Positions 1 through 10,962 of a DNA stretch of 64,000 nucleotides are shown piece after piece. Position numbers and translations under genes: made by a program. Positions within the stretch are counted from its first letter, which is position 1. Each line of letters opens with the position of its first letter. The notes under the pieces were generated by a model. The model had not been told where the DNA came from and ran no database searches. It was given only the letters and a program-made list of their open reading frames with translations. The DNA comes from a virus. The stretch is taken from the IMG/VR virus record IMGVR_UViG_3300045256_000058, positions 64,001 to 128,000 of that record; one strand, given 5' to 3'.

Positions 1-735
1 ATCAAGCATGTTAGCTAATACATTTGATGTACCTTCAAGTCTTTGAGCTAATTCTCTATTTGTTCGTTGTTGAACAGTAGGTACATTGGTTCCAGCAGCA
101 CCATAGAAAGGTCTACCTTCACTTTTAGTTAGAAACTGTTGTGCTTGTTTTCTTTCTGACCGAGTAGGTAAACTTAACTTGCCTGCATTAATGTCTGCAA
201 GTTCTTGAGGAGTTAACTTACCTCTCATCCAACGCTCATATCTATCTACAGTATTTACTGCATCTTGTGTTTGACGCGCAGATGGGTCTGTCCATGTACC
301 AATAGCGTTTGTTAATATATTTGCATTACTAAACGTTTGAGGTACTCCATCTACAGTAAACTGCTCACCATTGGGCATCATAATAGGTACTTGGTCACGA
401 AGATTCAAAGCTTGCGCTCTTAACGCATTCTTTCGTCTTACTGCTACCTTTTGAGATGTTTTATATTCTTTTCTAGCTCTAGCACCTAAACGTTTTCTAG
501 TTTTTACACCTTCTGCATCGTTCTTTGATACTCTTTTCTCTCTTAAATATCCACGAAGACTACGTTCATCAGGAGGTGGATAAATATCTTCTCCAACTAA
601 TGACTTTTTCTCTTCTGGGTTAGGAGCCGCATAAGGTGGTGTACCTCTCCAGTTAGGGTCTTCTCGCCCGAATGTAGATAGCATACCAGACGTATATGCC
701 CATGCTACATATGAAGGCTTAACACATAATTTCAT
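1..735 (-). CDS. Partial hypothetical virion-region protein (runs off the window edge)
   Basis: ATG at 735-733 starts a frame (MKLCVKPSYVAWAYTSGMLSTFGREDP...) that I read without stops; it is not in the supplied track, consistent with truncation at the edge. Confidence 0.75.
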   Translation of the reverse strand, partial: MKLCVKPSYVAWAYTSGMLSTFGREDPNWRGTPPYAAPNPEEKKSLVGEDIYPPPDERSLRGYLREKRVSKNDAEGVKTRKRLGARARKEYKTSQKVAVRRKNALRAQALNLRDQVPIMMPNGEQFTVDGVPQTFSNANILTNAIGTWTDPSARQTQDAVNTVDRYERWMRGKLTPQELADINAGKLSLPTRSERKQAQQFLTKSEGRPFYGAAGTNVPTVQQRTNRELAQRLEGTSNVLANMLD

Positions 736-772
736 TCGTTATTACCACTTCACTTATAAGGAGACGGACAGT

Positions 773-1888
773 TTAGATATACAGAGTTGAATACTTATAT
801 TGTTTTGCGAAGTTAAGTAATCCTTTTGTATTTCTCTTGTAAGATACAGGTTGTTGTGTTGATGGGTCTTGCATACTTGGGTCTGCTACACCTTGCATTT
901 GAGTTTGTGTTTGCTGCATTTGTTGGTCAGCAGTCATTGTAGCCATTGGGTCATTAGGGTCAGCACCTTGAGACATATCATCGGGTACATCAGTAAGTCC
1001 AAGTAAGTCAACAACTCTAAGTGAGAATCCATTTAATGCTGTGTATACATACTGCTTAAGCATTGTTACATCAGTAATATCAATAGATTCAGAAGTATAG
1101 ATATTATTTAGAAGCTTCCATAACTTTTCATTTAAGTCATCGTATTCTTCTTTTAGGTCTTCGAGTGTTTGTTCATTAGATTCAAGGTCTTCCCAAGTAA
1201 ATACGTTATTGTCATCCATTGAGTTAAAGTTGAATGACGCAGTATTACCAAAACCTGCATATTGAAATAGACCCATGTTAGGGATAGCAGGGATGGGTAC
1301 TAATGATAGCTCAATAATACGATGTTCTTTAGGGTCTAAGTTAAGTCCCATAGAAACAGAAGTAACGATACCATTTCTAACTTTGTCTACGGCATCTTTA
1401 GCTTTTACAACTACATCATCTAGAAATAGACCTAGCTTACCTACTAGATGTTTAGCTCTTGGATTGGGTAAATCGCTTTCTTGAATTACTTTCGTGTAAG
1501 CTTTACCTTCTACCCCACCAACTGTATTAGACACCTTCTTTTCATGGTCAGTACATAAAGGTACAATTTGACCTTCTTCTAATGCTCGATTAGTATGCTC
1601 CGCAATAGTCTCTAATCTATCAGGACTAAAGCTATGAGGTCTACCATCACTATCCTTAAACTCTCCTTCTACCGCAACCAATGCCTTCTTAATTTCTACC
1701 GCAGAGTCACCACTATCATCACCATCTTCAGCGAAGAATAGAGAAGTTTTTGGGTTCCATCCAATAGGTTGAAAGAATGCTACTTTAGGTTGTGACTTTG
1801 AGAAGTTTGCTTTTTGTCTTCTTTTTGTTTGTGCAAGACTCAGTGGTGCTGAAGTTGCGATATTTGTTTTTGTTATTAACATTTGCAA
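773..1888 (-). CDS. Prohead (capsid maturation) protease with acidic/Gln-rich C-terminal scaffold-like region
   Basis: Motifs LCTDH, VTSVSMG and IIELSLVPIPA match the His/Ser/Glu pattern of HK97/Mu-type prohead proteases; lies next to a gpF-like head gene. Confidence 0.75.
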   Translation of the reverse strand: MQMLITKTNIATSAPLSLAQTKRRQKANFSKSQPKVAFFQPIGWNPKTSLFFAEDGDDSGDSAVEIKKALVAVEGEFKDSDGRPHSFSPDRLETIAEHTNRALEEGQIVPLCTDHEKKVSNTVGGVEGKAYTKVIQESDLPNPRAKHLVGKLGLFLDDVVVKAKDAVDKVRNGIVTSVSMGLNLDPKEHRIIELSLVPIPAIPNMGLFQYAGFGNTASFNFNSMDDNNVFTWEDLESNEQTLEDLKEEYDDLNEKLWKLLNNIYTSESIDITDVTMLKQYVYTALNGFSLRVVDLLGLTDVPDDMSQGADPNDPMATMTADQQMQQTQTQMQGVADPSMQDPSTQQPVSYKRNTKGLLNFAKQYKYSTLYI

Positions 1889-1982
1889 TACTCTAATGGT
1901 ATATAATCATGACATTTCCTAAATCTATTGTATACTAAAAGAAGTAAATACTTGATTGTACCACTATTACTAATACTTTTTC

Positions 1983-2243
1983 ATGCCAACAAGAGAAGTT
2001 GTTTTCAAAGAGAAACTTGGAACTTTATTAAAGAAAGCAAGAACCTCTGTAAATCTATCTCAAGAACAAGTTGCCGCTCATTTCGGTGTCTCTCAAGATA
2101 CTATATCTAAATACGAAAGAGGAAAAGCTAATATTAGCCCGTACAAACTATTAGAATTTTCTAGACTCTACGAAAAACCAGTAACTTTCTTTTTCATGAC
2201 TAATGTGAGTGAGATTAAAGTTGCTCCTAGAAATACTCTCTAA
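1983..2243 (+). CDS. XRE-family HTH transcriptional regulator
   Basis: LKKARTSVNLSQEQVAAHFGVSQDTISKYERG is a classic HTH_3 signature. Confidence 0.9.
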   Translation: MPTREVVFKEKLGTLLKKARTSVNLSQEQVAAHFGVSQDTISKYERGKANISPYKLLEFSRLYEKPVTFFFMTNVSEIKVAPRNTL

Positions 2244-4027
2244 ATACGAGCAGTAGTTGCACCAACATTCTGACCACTAATAGTATTTACAAGTACGTCC
2301 TCGAACTCATCAAAGAGTTGGGGATTTTTAATCTCTATCTTAATCGTTCTACCTACTCTAGTTACATCTTGAACTATATCGGTAGCAGTGGGTTGTACTA
2401 CTTCTGGTATAGCCCGGTCTACCTTTTGTAATGTTCTAAAGAATGTTCTCCATGCATTACTGCGAGACATAAGAAATGCACCTCCAACAAGTAATCCAGT
2501 ACCTAATAATGTAGGTAATACATTCTCTTGTGATTGACGTTGTGCCTGTACTTGTGCAAGACTACCTGGATAATTTACATCCTGTATATATTGTTGCTGT
2601 TTAGCCACTGCATCTAAATAACGTTGTCTTCTTAACCAATTAGGTTGAGTCTGAATAGGTGTAATTTCACTTATTTCTTCTTGTACTTCTTCCTCTGTAT
2701 CTAGTGGCTCAATAGTCCAGTAACAACTACAGTTTGGATGGAATGGAATCATTGGATGAGCAGGATTTTTGAAGTCAGTAGAATTACCACTACCTGATTC
2801 ATATCCAAGAATGCCTCGGTCTAAGTTTACCCCTAGAATAAGTAACTCTTTTACTGTAAATACTTTCCCATCCATAAGGGCACAAGCTTTACAAACTTCG
2901 TACCCATCAATCGGTACTACCTTCTTGGTTTGTCTATCTCTTGAATGCTCTAACTCCCAGTCTGCATTCCACCTAACCTTACGAGTTTCATCTGCGGGAC
3001 TGGTAAAACCTGCAAGCTTACCAAAGTTATAAGCAATAGCTAACTCAGTACGAAGAATATTTCTAGCTTTAGCTATTTCACTGTTGTTTTTAATATCCAT
3101 GCCCGCATCTACTAACGTCTCACTAATGTCTCGTCTTAATGTAGTTACCCTAGATGGATTAGTACGTATTTGTCTTACCCCTTCAATGTTCTTGTTTACA
3201 TACGCTGCTAGTTCCTCTTTAATAATGTCGTCATATCTACGAGCATAATCAGCACTAAGGATAGTAATACGTTGATTTAGATAGTTATCCCCAAGAAAAG
3301 TTTTACGAGATGCTTCAGCCTTTTTAGAGTAGTCAGAAATTTCTTGAACTGCACGTAGAAATTCAATACGTTGTTTAATTGTGTATCTAGATGCTTTTGA
3401 TTCAGAGTTAAGTAATTTATTTCTATTAAATATATCTTCTTGAGCTACTAATTTATTTACATTACGTTGAAGAATAGTTAGGTTTCTTCTAGCCCTACCA
3501 ATGATGTACGCAGAGTTATCACTTTCATCTCCGTTTGCAAATTCGGCAGTATTTTCCTCTAAACCAAAATGCGATACTAATGAATCGGATAGTAATGATG
3601 AGAAATTACTAGATGTTTGCTTATCGAAAGTCTTAAACATACCTGTAACATACAGCATATCTTCTATCTGATGATTGATACCTAGTTGATAACTATTTGA
3701 CCATAGTTCTTTTAACAATGAACGAAATTTGTTCATTAGAATATAGTTAACACTTTTGTAAAACTCATCAAACTTTCGCTTAAAGTAAGATTCGGGTAAC
3801 ACTTTTAATTTAGTAAACTCATCTTCACTTAATTTCTTTATGAATTCAATAAACCTGTCAAGGATTAAATCAAATGCAAGCTTACGAATCTCAGGTTTTT
3901 CTAATGTAACTAAAGTCTGACTAATAAGCTTGTAAAAATCATCTTTCTTTCGAGTAGTGTAAACTTTGGAAAACTTCATGATATAGGTAGAAGATACGAT
4001 ATACTTAGGTATATATTGAGTATACAA
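2240..4027 (-). CDS. Head morphogenesis protein, Mu gpF / SPP1 gp7-like
   Basis: RTELAIAYN, CKACALMDG and IPFHPNCSC motifs. Confidence 0.8.
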   Translation of the reverse strand: MYTQYIPKYIVSSTYIMKFSKVYTTRKKDDFYKLISQTLVTLEKPEIRKLAFDLILDRFIEFIKKLSEDEFTKLKVLPESYFKRKFDEFYKSVNYILMNKFRSLLKELWSNSYQLGINHQIEDMLYVTGMFKTFDKQTSSNFSSLLSDSLVSHFGLEENTAEFANGDESDNSAYIIGRARRNLTILQRNVNKLVAQEDIFNRNKLLNSESKASRYTIKQRIEFLRAVQEISDYSKKAEASRKTFLGDNYLNQRITILSADYARRYDDIIKEELAAYVNKNIEGVRQIRTNPSRVTTLRRDISETLVDAGMDIKNNSEIAKARNILRTELAIAYNFGKLAGFTSPADETRKVRWNADWELEHSRDRQTKKVVPIDGYEVCKACALMDGKVFTVKELLILGVNLDRGILGYESGSGNSTDFKNPAHPMIPFHPNCSCYWTIEPLDTEEEVQEEISEITPIQTQPNWLRRQRYLDAVAKQQQYIQDVNYPGSLAQVQAQRQSQENVLPTLLGTGLLVGGAFLMSRSNAWRTFFRTLQKVDRAIPEVVQPTATDIVQDVTRVGRTIKIEIKNPQLFDEFEDVLVNTISGQNVGATTARI

Positions 4028-4043
4028 CTAATGTACATATTCT

Positions 4044-4523
4044 ATGGCTAATAAAGTAAACGTGGGCAGATATGGAAGCCCTAAATATATAGAACCAATT
4101 AGAAAGAAGTTCGAAGAAGCATTTCCAAACACAGTACCAACTGATTTCATTATCGACCACTGCCTTAAGTATTTCTGGCAGCATGTAGAAGAACAACTAA
4201 AGAATGAAGAAGAAGTTCAAATCTTTGCTTACGGAACATTCTTTGTAAAATCAGGTATCAGTGAAAGGACTAAGAAGTTTCAGTACTATCCTAAATTTAA
4301 GTTCTCTAGACACTTTGTTCTTCGACTAAGAGATGCTAAAGGTACAACTACTGAGGCGGAACAAAGAGAGATTCAAAAGAAACAAGAATTCATGGCTTCT
4401 ATCTGGGAAAAACGCAAAGACTACATGATTCGCACTAGAGGTAAAATCCCTCAACGTATTCTAGACATTCAAGAAGACTTAAATAAGATTAAAGAGCTTC
4501 AAGAAAAGAACGAAGGTAATTAA
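4044..4523 (+). CDS. HU/IHF-like DNA-binding protein
   Basis: EVQIFAYGTFFVK...YPKFKFS resembles the HU beta-ribbon signature. Confidence 0.55.
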   Translation: MANKVNVGRYGSPKYIEPIRKKFEEAFPNTVPTDFIIDHCLKYFWQHVEEQLKNEEEVQIFAYGTFFVKSGISERTKKFQYYPKFKFSRHFVLRLRDAKGTTTEAEQREIQKKQEFMASIWEKRKDYMIRTRGKIPQRILDIQEDLNKIKELQEKNEGN

Positions 4524-4538
4524 ATATAATCAAGGTAC

Positions 4539-7500
4539 TTAAATATAAGGACTACTTGGTGGAGTAAAGCTAGATGTATGCAATGCTGTACGTCTATACA
4601 CTAATAGCTCATCAAGATAACAGTTATACCCAGTCGTATTTAATAGATTAGTTCGTTGACCTAGAAGAATTGGGCTATTGTAATCTGAATACTCTAAAGT
4701 ATCTGCAATTGCATTACCTAGCACACCATCTATAAAATAGTAAAGTATTCCATTGCTCTTAGTAATCTCAATGTGATGAAATACACCGCTTGAATTAAAG
4801 AATGTATTTGACAAAATACTAAAGAATAACGCAGCTTCAGGTATATTGTTTCTACCAATGTATAGTGAACTTCCTTTTAGATATATTTGTAAATCAGATT
4901 GTGAATATAAACTTTGTATGTCCCCAGTGGATAATGCTTTGTTTACATTTAACCAGAATGAAATAGTAAAGTCTTCATTTAGAAAAGCATAGTCAGTTTC
5001 ATTGGGTATTTCAATATACTTGCAGATTGAATTAGCAGTTAATATTAGACTAGATGCTCCGAATTTCTTAATAGATGTAGATACACTTGCATTAGTAGTA
5101 AGTGTTTTGTTTGCTGGAGAACTATCAGTAATAACTGAATCAAAATGTAATAGAGTCACATATCTTGCAGGGTCATAGTAGTCTCTAATATATGTATTTA
5201 TCTGTACCGCTTCGTCAAATGTAATGTTTCTATTTAACACAAGTACACAACCGATATATCCTTTTACACTTCGGTCATTAAACAATCTATCTTTTGCAAT
5301 ACTATTAAAGCTTAACGTGCTTGAACTATTAAATACAATCGTATTTAGTACTTTAGGTTTAAGTAAATAAGAATTAGTGACTTCTTTACCATTTACATAT
5401 TTATGACTAGATAGTATCGATGTCGCTGTAATACCTGAATCAAATAGAATACCGTTATTACCAGAACTAAAATCATTAGTACTTGCCTGTCCAAATAGAA
5501 AAGCACGGTCAATACTGCTCTCTTTTCTAACATATCCAACTATAAATCCTTTACCTGAGATAGTAGTTGACCCTTCAAGATAACTACTACCATCAATGTC
5601 AAACTCTGCTACTGATTTATTGTTTAGTGAGGGTAACGTGGATAGAATTACGTCATGTCCTATATACTCATTAGTGTTTAATCTATAATCAGACCAATGA
5701 GTAATATTAGTTGAGCTAAGGGTAAGAGTATCTAAGTCTGGTAATAGTATTAATGTAAATGAATTAGTACCTAATAAACTCTTTAGATTCAAATAAAGAG
5801 GATTAGTACGTAACGTAATATCTACATCAAAATTGAACGTAGAATCTAATGGGATAGTATTTGTAGCTTTTACTGCAAATGTAAGTATTTCATCTCGTTC
5901 ACCAGTAAAACTTAATATGCCATTACTGTCTATTGCAGCATCATAAATGGGTGTGAGTAATTCGTAAGTAAGAGGAAGAGATTGTAAATCAACCACCTTC
6001 TTAGTTAGGTCAATAGTAATATTAGATAAAAAGCGATATTCAGTTTCCGTAGAGAATACATAAGGGGCTAATGATGAGAAATATCGATTTGCTAATACTG
6101 ATACCACTGTATTTAATTCACTATCACTTAATTTAATATTCCAGCTAGTAAAGAAAGCTAACTTACCTCTTAGTTTTTCTAACCCACTAAAGCTAATTGC
6201 AACATCATCAGGTTGTACAGCAGTAATTATGTATAGTCTGTTTAAGTCTAATTTGTAATTAAGTGTGTTAACCAGTACCTTATTACTTCTGGTAGTTAAT
6301 TTAGTAATAGGTGTTTGACCATGAATCTGACTAATAGTAGAAACTGTCCATAGTTGACCTTCTCCTTTTATATCGGAAAAGTCTTTAAGCATTGGTCGAG
6401 TACCATATGAGTCTTGAATATAAACCCATACAAATGTCTTACCAGATACACCAGCAGCTAAGTCTAATTTTTGTATTGCATTAAATTGAACAGCATCATG
6501 GCTATTGAACAAACTAACTGCATCTAACCAATTAGGCTCAAATCCAGTAGTAGCTAGAAGATAGTTAACTTCATTATTAGTAACACCAGCATTAGTTACT
6601 CGTCTAGCATCTTCCCATCTAGTGACTCTATTAGATGAATCCTTAGTAATACCATAAAAACTAGAGTCGATAGGGCTATTTTCGGCACTTAATGCAAGAG
6701 TAATATTAGTTTGCTTAGGTAATAAGGCTACTATAGGGTCAGGTCTACATACCTTTAAGCTAAACTCAAAAGTGCTAGTCATACTTGCTGAGTTAGTTAC
6801 AGCAATCTTTATAGTTCCTTCGTAAGGTGTGGTAATTGAACCACTTAATACTGAACCTGTAAAACTAAGTCCCATATCTAATGGAGTTAATAGCTCATAT
6901 GATGCAATATCAAAAAACTCATCTAATAGAATAGTAGAAAAGTCATAGCTAAAAGCTGCATCAACTAATACTTTGAATGCTGGTGTTGCAGTAGCTACAA
7001 TACCTTGATAGTTAATATACATTTCCACAAGTAATGTTTCTATCTGTTGCGTCAGCGTATTATCAATATCATTCTCAAATGTAATGATTGCAGCTATCTT
7101 ACCTTGCACACTTTGTCTAATACTTTTATTTTCTGCTCCACCTAGTTCTCCACTCTTACCACCATATCCTTGTATTACTTCTTTTTGCTCTGGATTAGAT
7201 ATGTTCTTTACTGTAAGTACTCGTACTCTATTTAACGGAACGAATGTACTAGGTGTAACTACCCTACTGTTAATACGAGACGTAGCATTATAAATAGAAC
7301 TTCCAGTATATAGTTCGTTAGACCACAAAGCATTACCTGTTCTCGGAAATGCATCATAAAATAATACCGATGGACTAGGTGTATTACGCGGAGCATAGAT
7401 AAGATAGGAGTCAGACTGTCTAGTTAGATAAACAATAATAATAGTGCCCACACTAACTGGAAACTTATAGAATAGTTGCTGTAAACTACTATCGTCAAAG

Positions 7501-7805
7501 TTTAATGAGGGGTAATTATTAAATTGTGTGTCGTTAGTAACTATACTCGGAGATGATGAATTATCTGAGCTATATAGATAGTTACCATCCGCCAATAAGT
7601 TATACCAAGTACGTACAATATTGTTAGTGGGACTAAGCGCACCGATATGACTCTCAGTAATATACTCAGGTAATGCTATATAAAATCCATTTAGACTTTC
7701 ATCTGTTCTAACTAAATTCCACAGTTGTCTTAGTTTGGTACTTTGACTGTCGGAAAGAGAGTAACCTGTAGAAAATACGTGATTAAATACTGAGAATAAT
7801 TTCAT
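4539..7805 (-). CDS. Large tail/baseplate-associated protein with lectin (LamG-like) repeats and Ig-like linkers
   Basis: Repeated beta-rich modules; C-terminal LLHFD...DFTISFW...FHHIEI...YLDEL...FTPP LamG pattern. Confidence 0.7.
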   Translation of the reverse strand: MKLFSVFNHVFSTGYSLSDSQSTKLRQLWNLVRTDESLNGFYIALPEYITESHIGALSPTNNIVRTWYNLLADGNYLYSSDNSSSPSIVTNDTQFNNYPSLNFDDSSLQQLFYKFPVSVGTIIIVYLTRQSDSYLIYAPRNTPSPSVLFYDAFPRTGNALWSNELYTGSSIYNATSRINSRVVTPSTFVPLNRVRVLTVKNISNPEQKEVIQGYGGKSGELGGAENKSIRQSVQGKIAAIITFENDIDNTLTQQIETLLVEMYINYQGIVATATPAFKVLVDAAFSYDFSTILLDEFFDIASYELLTPLDMGLSFTGSVLSGSITTPYEGTIKIAVTNSASMTSTFEFSLKVCRPDPIVALLPKQTNITLALSAENSPIDSSFYGITKDSSNRVTRWEDARRVTNAGVTNNEVNYLLATTGFEPNWLDAVSLFNSHDAVQFNAIQKLDLAAGVSGKTFVWVYIQDSYGTRPMLKDFSDIKGEGQLWTVSTISQIHGQTPITKLTTRSNKVLVNTLNYKLDLNRLYIITAVQPDDVAISFSGLEKLRGKLAFFTSWNIKLSDSELNTVVSVLANRYFSSLAPYVFSTETEYRFLSNITIDLTKKVVDLQSLPLTYELLTPIYDAAIDSNGILSFTGERDEILTFAVKATNTIPLDSTFNFDVDITLRTNPLYLNLKSLLGTNSFTLILLPDLDTLTLSSTNITHWSDYRLNTNEYIGHDVILSTLPSLNNKSVAEFDIDGSSYLEGSTTISGKGFIVGYVRKESSIDRAFLFGQASTNDFSSGNNGILFDSGITATSILSSHKYVNGKEVTNSYLLKPKVLNTIVFNSSSTLSFNSIAKDRLFNDRSVKGYIGCVLVLNRNITFDEAVQINTYIRDYYDPARYVTLLHFDSVITDSSPANKTLTTNASVSTSIKKFGASSLILTANSICKYIEIPNETDYAFLNEDFTISFWLNVNKALSTGDIQSLYSQSDLQIYLKGSSLYIGRNNIPEAALFFSILSNTFFNSSGVFHHIEITKSNGILYYFIDGVLGNAIADTLEYSDYNSPILLGQRTNLLNTTGYNCYLDELLVYRRTALHTSSFTPPSSPYI

Positions 7806-7819
7806 TTGTAATACTACTA

Positions 7820-8602
7820 TTAGACAGGCATTGCTGCTAGTATCTCATTCAAATCAAAATCTGTATTTATGTTAAGAAGATTAGCAACAAATTGTTTTCT
7901 ATTAGTAAAATTATAACTTTTCCAAAGCATTAGAAACTGAAACCAACTCAGTGTTTTGTCTGTAGGTTTATAATCTTTGAGATATGCAATTTGTGTGTCA
8001 CTTAAAATCTCATTGTTCGCATTTCTAAGACTTTCAGTATAAATAATAGTCGGAGCTTCAGGAAATGTAACCATATGAGGATACAAAGAGAAATTAATAC
8101 TATCTCGAAGTATCTGTCTATAGAGTTTATACTTTTGTTGAGTTTGAGTAGAAACAATATCACTGCTTTCTATCCAATCAGTATCAGTAAGCAACTTGTT
8201 TCTCTCCGCTCTTTTTGTTTCCCATTCAGTATCTAACTTTTGTTGATTAACAGAGTAACTAACTTTTACTTTCCAACTACTACTATTTGAATCATAATAA
8301 GGACTCGACAATTCTTTGCTCACATACTTAAAAAACTCATTAATATCAATAGTGTCTATGCTGCTATCAACTTCGATAGAAAATGGTTCAATTACATAAT
8401 CAACGACAAAGAAATTAAAGTATCCAAATACCTCATCAGTAATAGTCGCAGAAAAAATAGTACTAGGGAATAATTGTTTCAGATACTCTTTAGCTTGTGC
8501 ATACAAATATAAAGTTGGTGAGACGCTTTGAATATTAGGAGCATACACGTATAGTTTTGGCAGAGTTTCATTAAATATTAATGTAATAGTTTTAGTTGTC
8601 AT
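7820..8602 (-). CDS. Tail fibre assembly chaperone-like protein
   Basis: RAERNKLLTDTDW...YRQILRD...FPEAP motif; adjacent to fibre genes. Confidence 0.7.
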   Translation of the reverse strand: MTTKTITLIFNETLPKLYVYAPNIQSVSPTLYLYAQAKEYLKQLFPSTIFSATITDEVFGYFNFFVVDYVIEPFSIEVDSSIDTIDINEFFKYVSKELSSPYYDSNSSSWKVKVSYSVNQQKLDTEWETKRAERNKLLTDTDWIESSDIVSTQTQQKYKLYRQILRDSINFSLYPHMVTFPEAPTIIYTESLRNANNEILSDTQIAYLKDYKPTDKTLSWFQFLMLWKSYNFTNRKQFVANLLNINTDFDLNEILAAMPV

Positions 8603-9687
8603 GTTACTTTGGCAAGATTTGTAGCTTTCTGAAATAGATAAATAGTAGGTGTAGTAGATTGAGCAGGATAAACAAGATAACCTGTAAGTATGTGATTCTT
8701 ACCTTCTAAGATTGGCGGTATACCATTCTCAAATTGAATAGTATTAGTAAAATTAAGTACTCCAGTAAAATCTTGTATAAAGATAGAGAATGGTTTGAAT
8801 TTACCATACTCCGCATTTGCTTCATTAAAACTACTGCTGACATCGATACTTAAATAATAAACAGTGTTATTACATTTAATAGTAAAAGCATTGTTTAATG
8901 TAACATCTAAACTAGCAGAATCAGAAGCCTCAGTTAAATTCAATAACTGTGTCCCATAAAGTTCATTGACTATAGCATATCCTGATGCATTTAAGTCACC
9001 ACCTAATGTTGGCTTACTATCTCCAACAATAAGTAAAGGTTCAATGTATACGACTCCACCAGATGTTTCATTACTTCTTCGTCTACGTAGTATCTTATAA
9101 GGTGCAGGAGTACCAGTTACATCATCTAATGTAGAAACTCTAGTTGCTTCGGGACGTAATATCCATCGTGCCCACCAATGTCCGTTACGTGATGCAAGTA
9201 TATCTTTAGTAGGGTCATACTCTCCTGCAATAGATGTGAGTGCAAAATTATGATAATCGGCATCTAATGCTGGAAGATTTACATCAGTTAAATCTCCCAC
9301 ATTAAACTCAGGTGCAGCTATATTCTTTAATTTACTTACATCAGAGTCATAACCTAAATAAGTATTATCCAATGGGTCAGTGAACTGTATACCATTGAGT
9401 GCATTTAGATAAAGAAAAGGTAATGAAGTAGTTAAATACAACCTTCTAGCATTACCTTTCTCTTCTATTAATACTCGTAAAAACGCAAAGTTAGAGTTAG
9501 TAGATACTCTGTCAAATCTAAAATCACTGAACTCTACTAATTTTCTTAATGAATTACCTACTATACTTACCTTTGATGTTAAGGTCTTTGTATAAATATG
9601 TTTATTTCTAAAGTTAATAGCAAGCTCACCTATTCTTAAATCAATAGGGTTAGGTGATTTAAGAGAGTCAGAGTGTTTAATAAACAT
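8599..9687 (-). CDS. Tail fibre protein
   Basis: N-terminal GELAIN, L(S/T)DV repeats and PTLGGDLNASG; paralogous to 12336..14234. Confidence 0.65.
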   Translation of the reverse strand: MFIKHSDSLKSPNPIDLRIGELAINFRNKHIYTKTLTSKVSIVGNSLRKLVEFSDFRFDRVSTNSNFAFLRVLIEEKGNARRLYLTTSLPFLYLNALNGIQFTDPLDNTYLGYDSDVSKLKNIAAPEFNVGDLTDVNLPALDADYHNFALTSIAGEYDPTKDILASRNGHWWARWILRPEATRVSTLDDVTGTPAPYKILRRRRSNETSGGVVYIEPLLIVGDSKPTLGGDLNASGYAIVNELYGTQLLNLTEASDSASLDVTLNNAFTIKCNNTVYYLSIDVSSSFNEANAEYGKFKPFSIFIQDFTGVLNFTNTIQFENGIPPILEGKNHILTGYLVYPAQSTTPTIYLFQKATNLAKVT

Positions 9688-9698
9688 GAATGCAATCG

Positions 9699-10850
9699 TT
9701 AGTTAAATCTTGTCGGTCTAACGTTTGTCATTCTTTCAGCACTCTTTACATTGCTTAAAGCCTCTCCTGCTCTTTTTCTAAGTTTAGGATTAGAACTAGC
9801 CAGATTTCCACCTTTAGCTAGTGCATTCTTCACTTTACCTAGTTTATTCGGCATTAATGGTTTGAAGCCAAAGTTAACCATAAATTCAGGTTTTGTGTTA
9901 AATGAATAGTCTGCCATATCATTTCCTCTATTATTAATTGCCGATATTGATGCTCCTACTGCTAAACCAGTTCCAGTTGCAGCAGCACCGATAGCGTATT
10001 TTTGCTGATTTTGATGTATGTGGTCTGCTAGTGTACCTACTTGTGTTGTCTTATGCATTGGATTAGGTGGAACAGGGATAGGAGTTGCCCCTCTTAAGGC
10101 TCTTTTATATCCTACGCCAGCACCCGCAGCAGCAGCACTACCTGCGATAGCTGCATCTGTACCCGCTCTATGAATTATTCTACTTCTAGCTTCTGGGTCT
10201 TCTTGAAATAAATCAATCGCATTATTAGTGGCTTCACTTACATTATGATAAGCATCTTTAATTCCACGTCCAGCACTATTCCATGCCCCTTGAATTGCAT
10301 CAGGTGTTACACTCCACAAGTCTTTGGCATTATCAGCTAGTCCTCTACCAGCATTTATTCCAGTGTTGTATCCATTTCTGGCTACATTAGATACAGCTTC
10401 ACCAATACTACTAGCACCTCGTTGAATAGGGGCAGCAATGTCTCTAGCTGTCTGACCAATTTGATAACCTAGTGGAGCATGAAGGTCAGGTAATGGGGCA
10501 GGATAGGGAACACCAATAGGACGGTCAACATTTCTGTTAAACATATCTTGCACAGTACCACCAATATTATCGGCGGCACTTCTAAATGCATCGGGTAGCC
10601 CAGTAGGAGCAGATAGTACTTGTCTACCTGTATTATATGCACCTTCTAATGCTCGTCCTCCTTGAACACCAATTTCACGAATACCGTGTGCTAACGCTCT
10701 ACCGCCTTGAATAGCGGCATCGTTATATTGTTGACCAGAATCTAAGTATTGATATAGACCGTCAAAAGCTGGGTTAAAGTTTGCTACGCCTCTTCCCTTA
10801 TTAGAATATAAAGCTTCTTTATGAAATCTTGTGTTGCCTACTAACTTCAT
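9699..10850 (-). CDS. Gly/Ala-rich putative internal virion protein (ANF-motif family)
   Basis: Low-complexity sequence with Gly/Ala hydrophobic helices; VANF near the N-terminus and MVNF near the C-terminus. Confidence 0.5.
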   Translation of the reverse strand: MKLVGNTRFHKEALYSNKGRGVANFNPAFDGLYQYLDSGQQYNDAAIQGGRALAHGIREIGVQGGRALEGAYNTGRQVLSAPTGLPDAFRSAADNIGGTVQDMFNRNVDRPIGVPYPAPLPDLHAPLGYQIGQTARDIAAPIQRGASSIGEAVSNVARNGYNTGINAGRGLADNAKDLWSVTPDAIQGAWNSAGRGIKDAYHNVSEATNNAIDLFQEDPEARSRIIHRAGTDAAIAGSAAAAGAGVGYKRALRGATPIPVPPNPMHKTTQVGTLADHIHQNQQKYAIGAAATGTGLAVGASISAINNRGNDMADYSFNTKPEFMVNFGFKPLMPNKLGKVKNALAKGGNLASSNPKLRKRAGEALSNVKSAERMTNVRPTRFN

Positions 10851-10962
10851 GATATTATGTTACGTTTACTTTGCTACTAACATTATACATAATCATGTCT
10901 GTAAACATAAAAAATCCCCAATATTTCTATCGGAGATTCTTTATTTATTTAACGTATGGGGC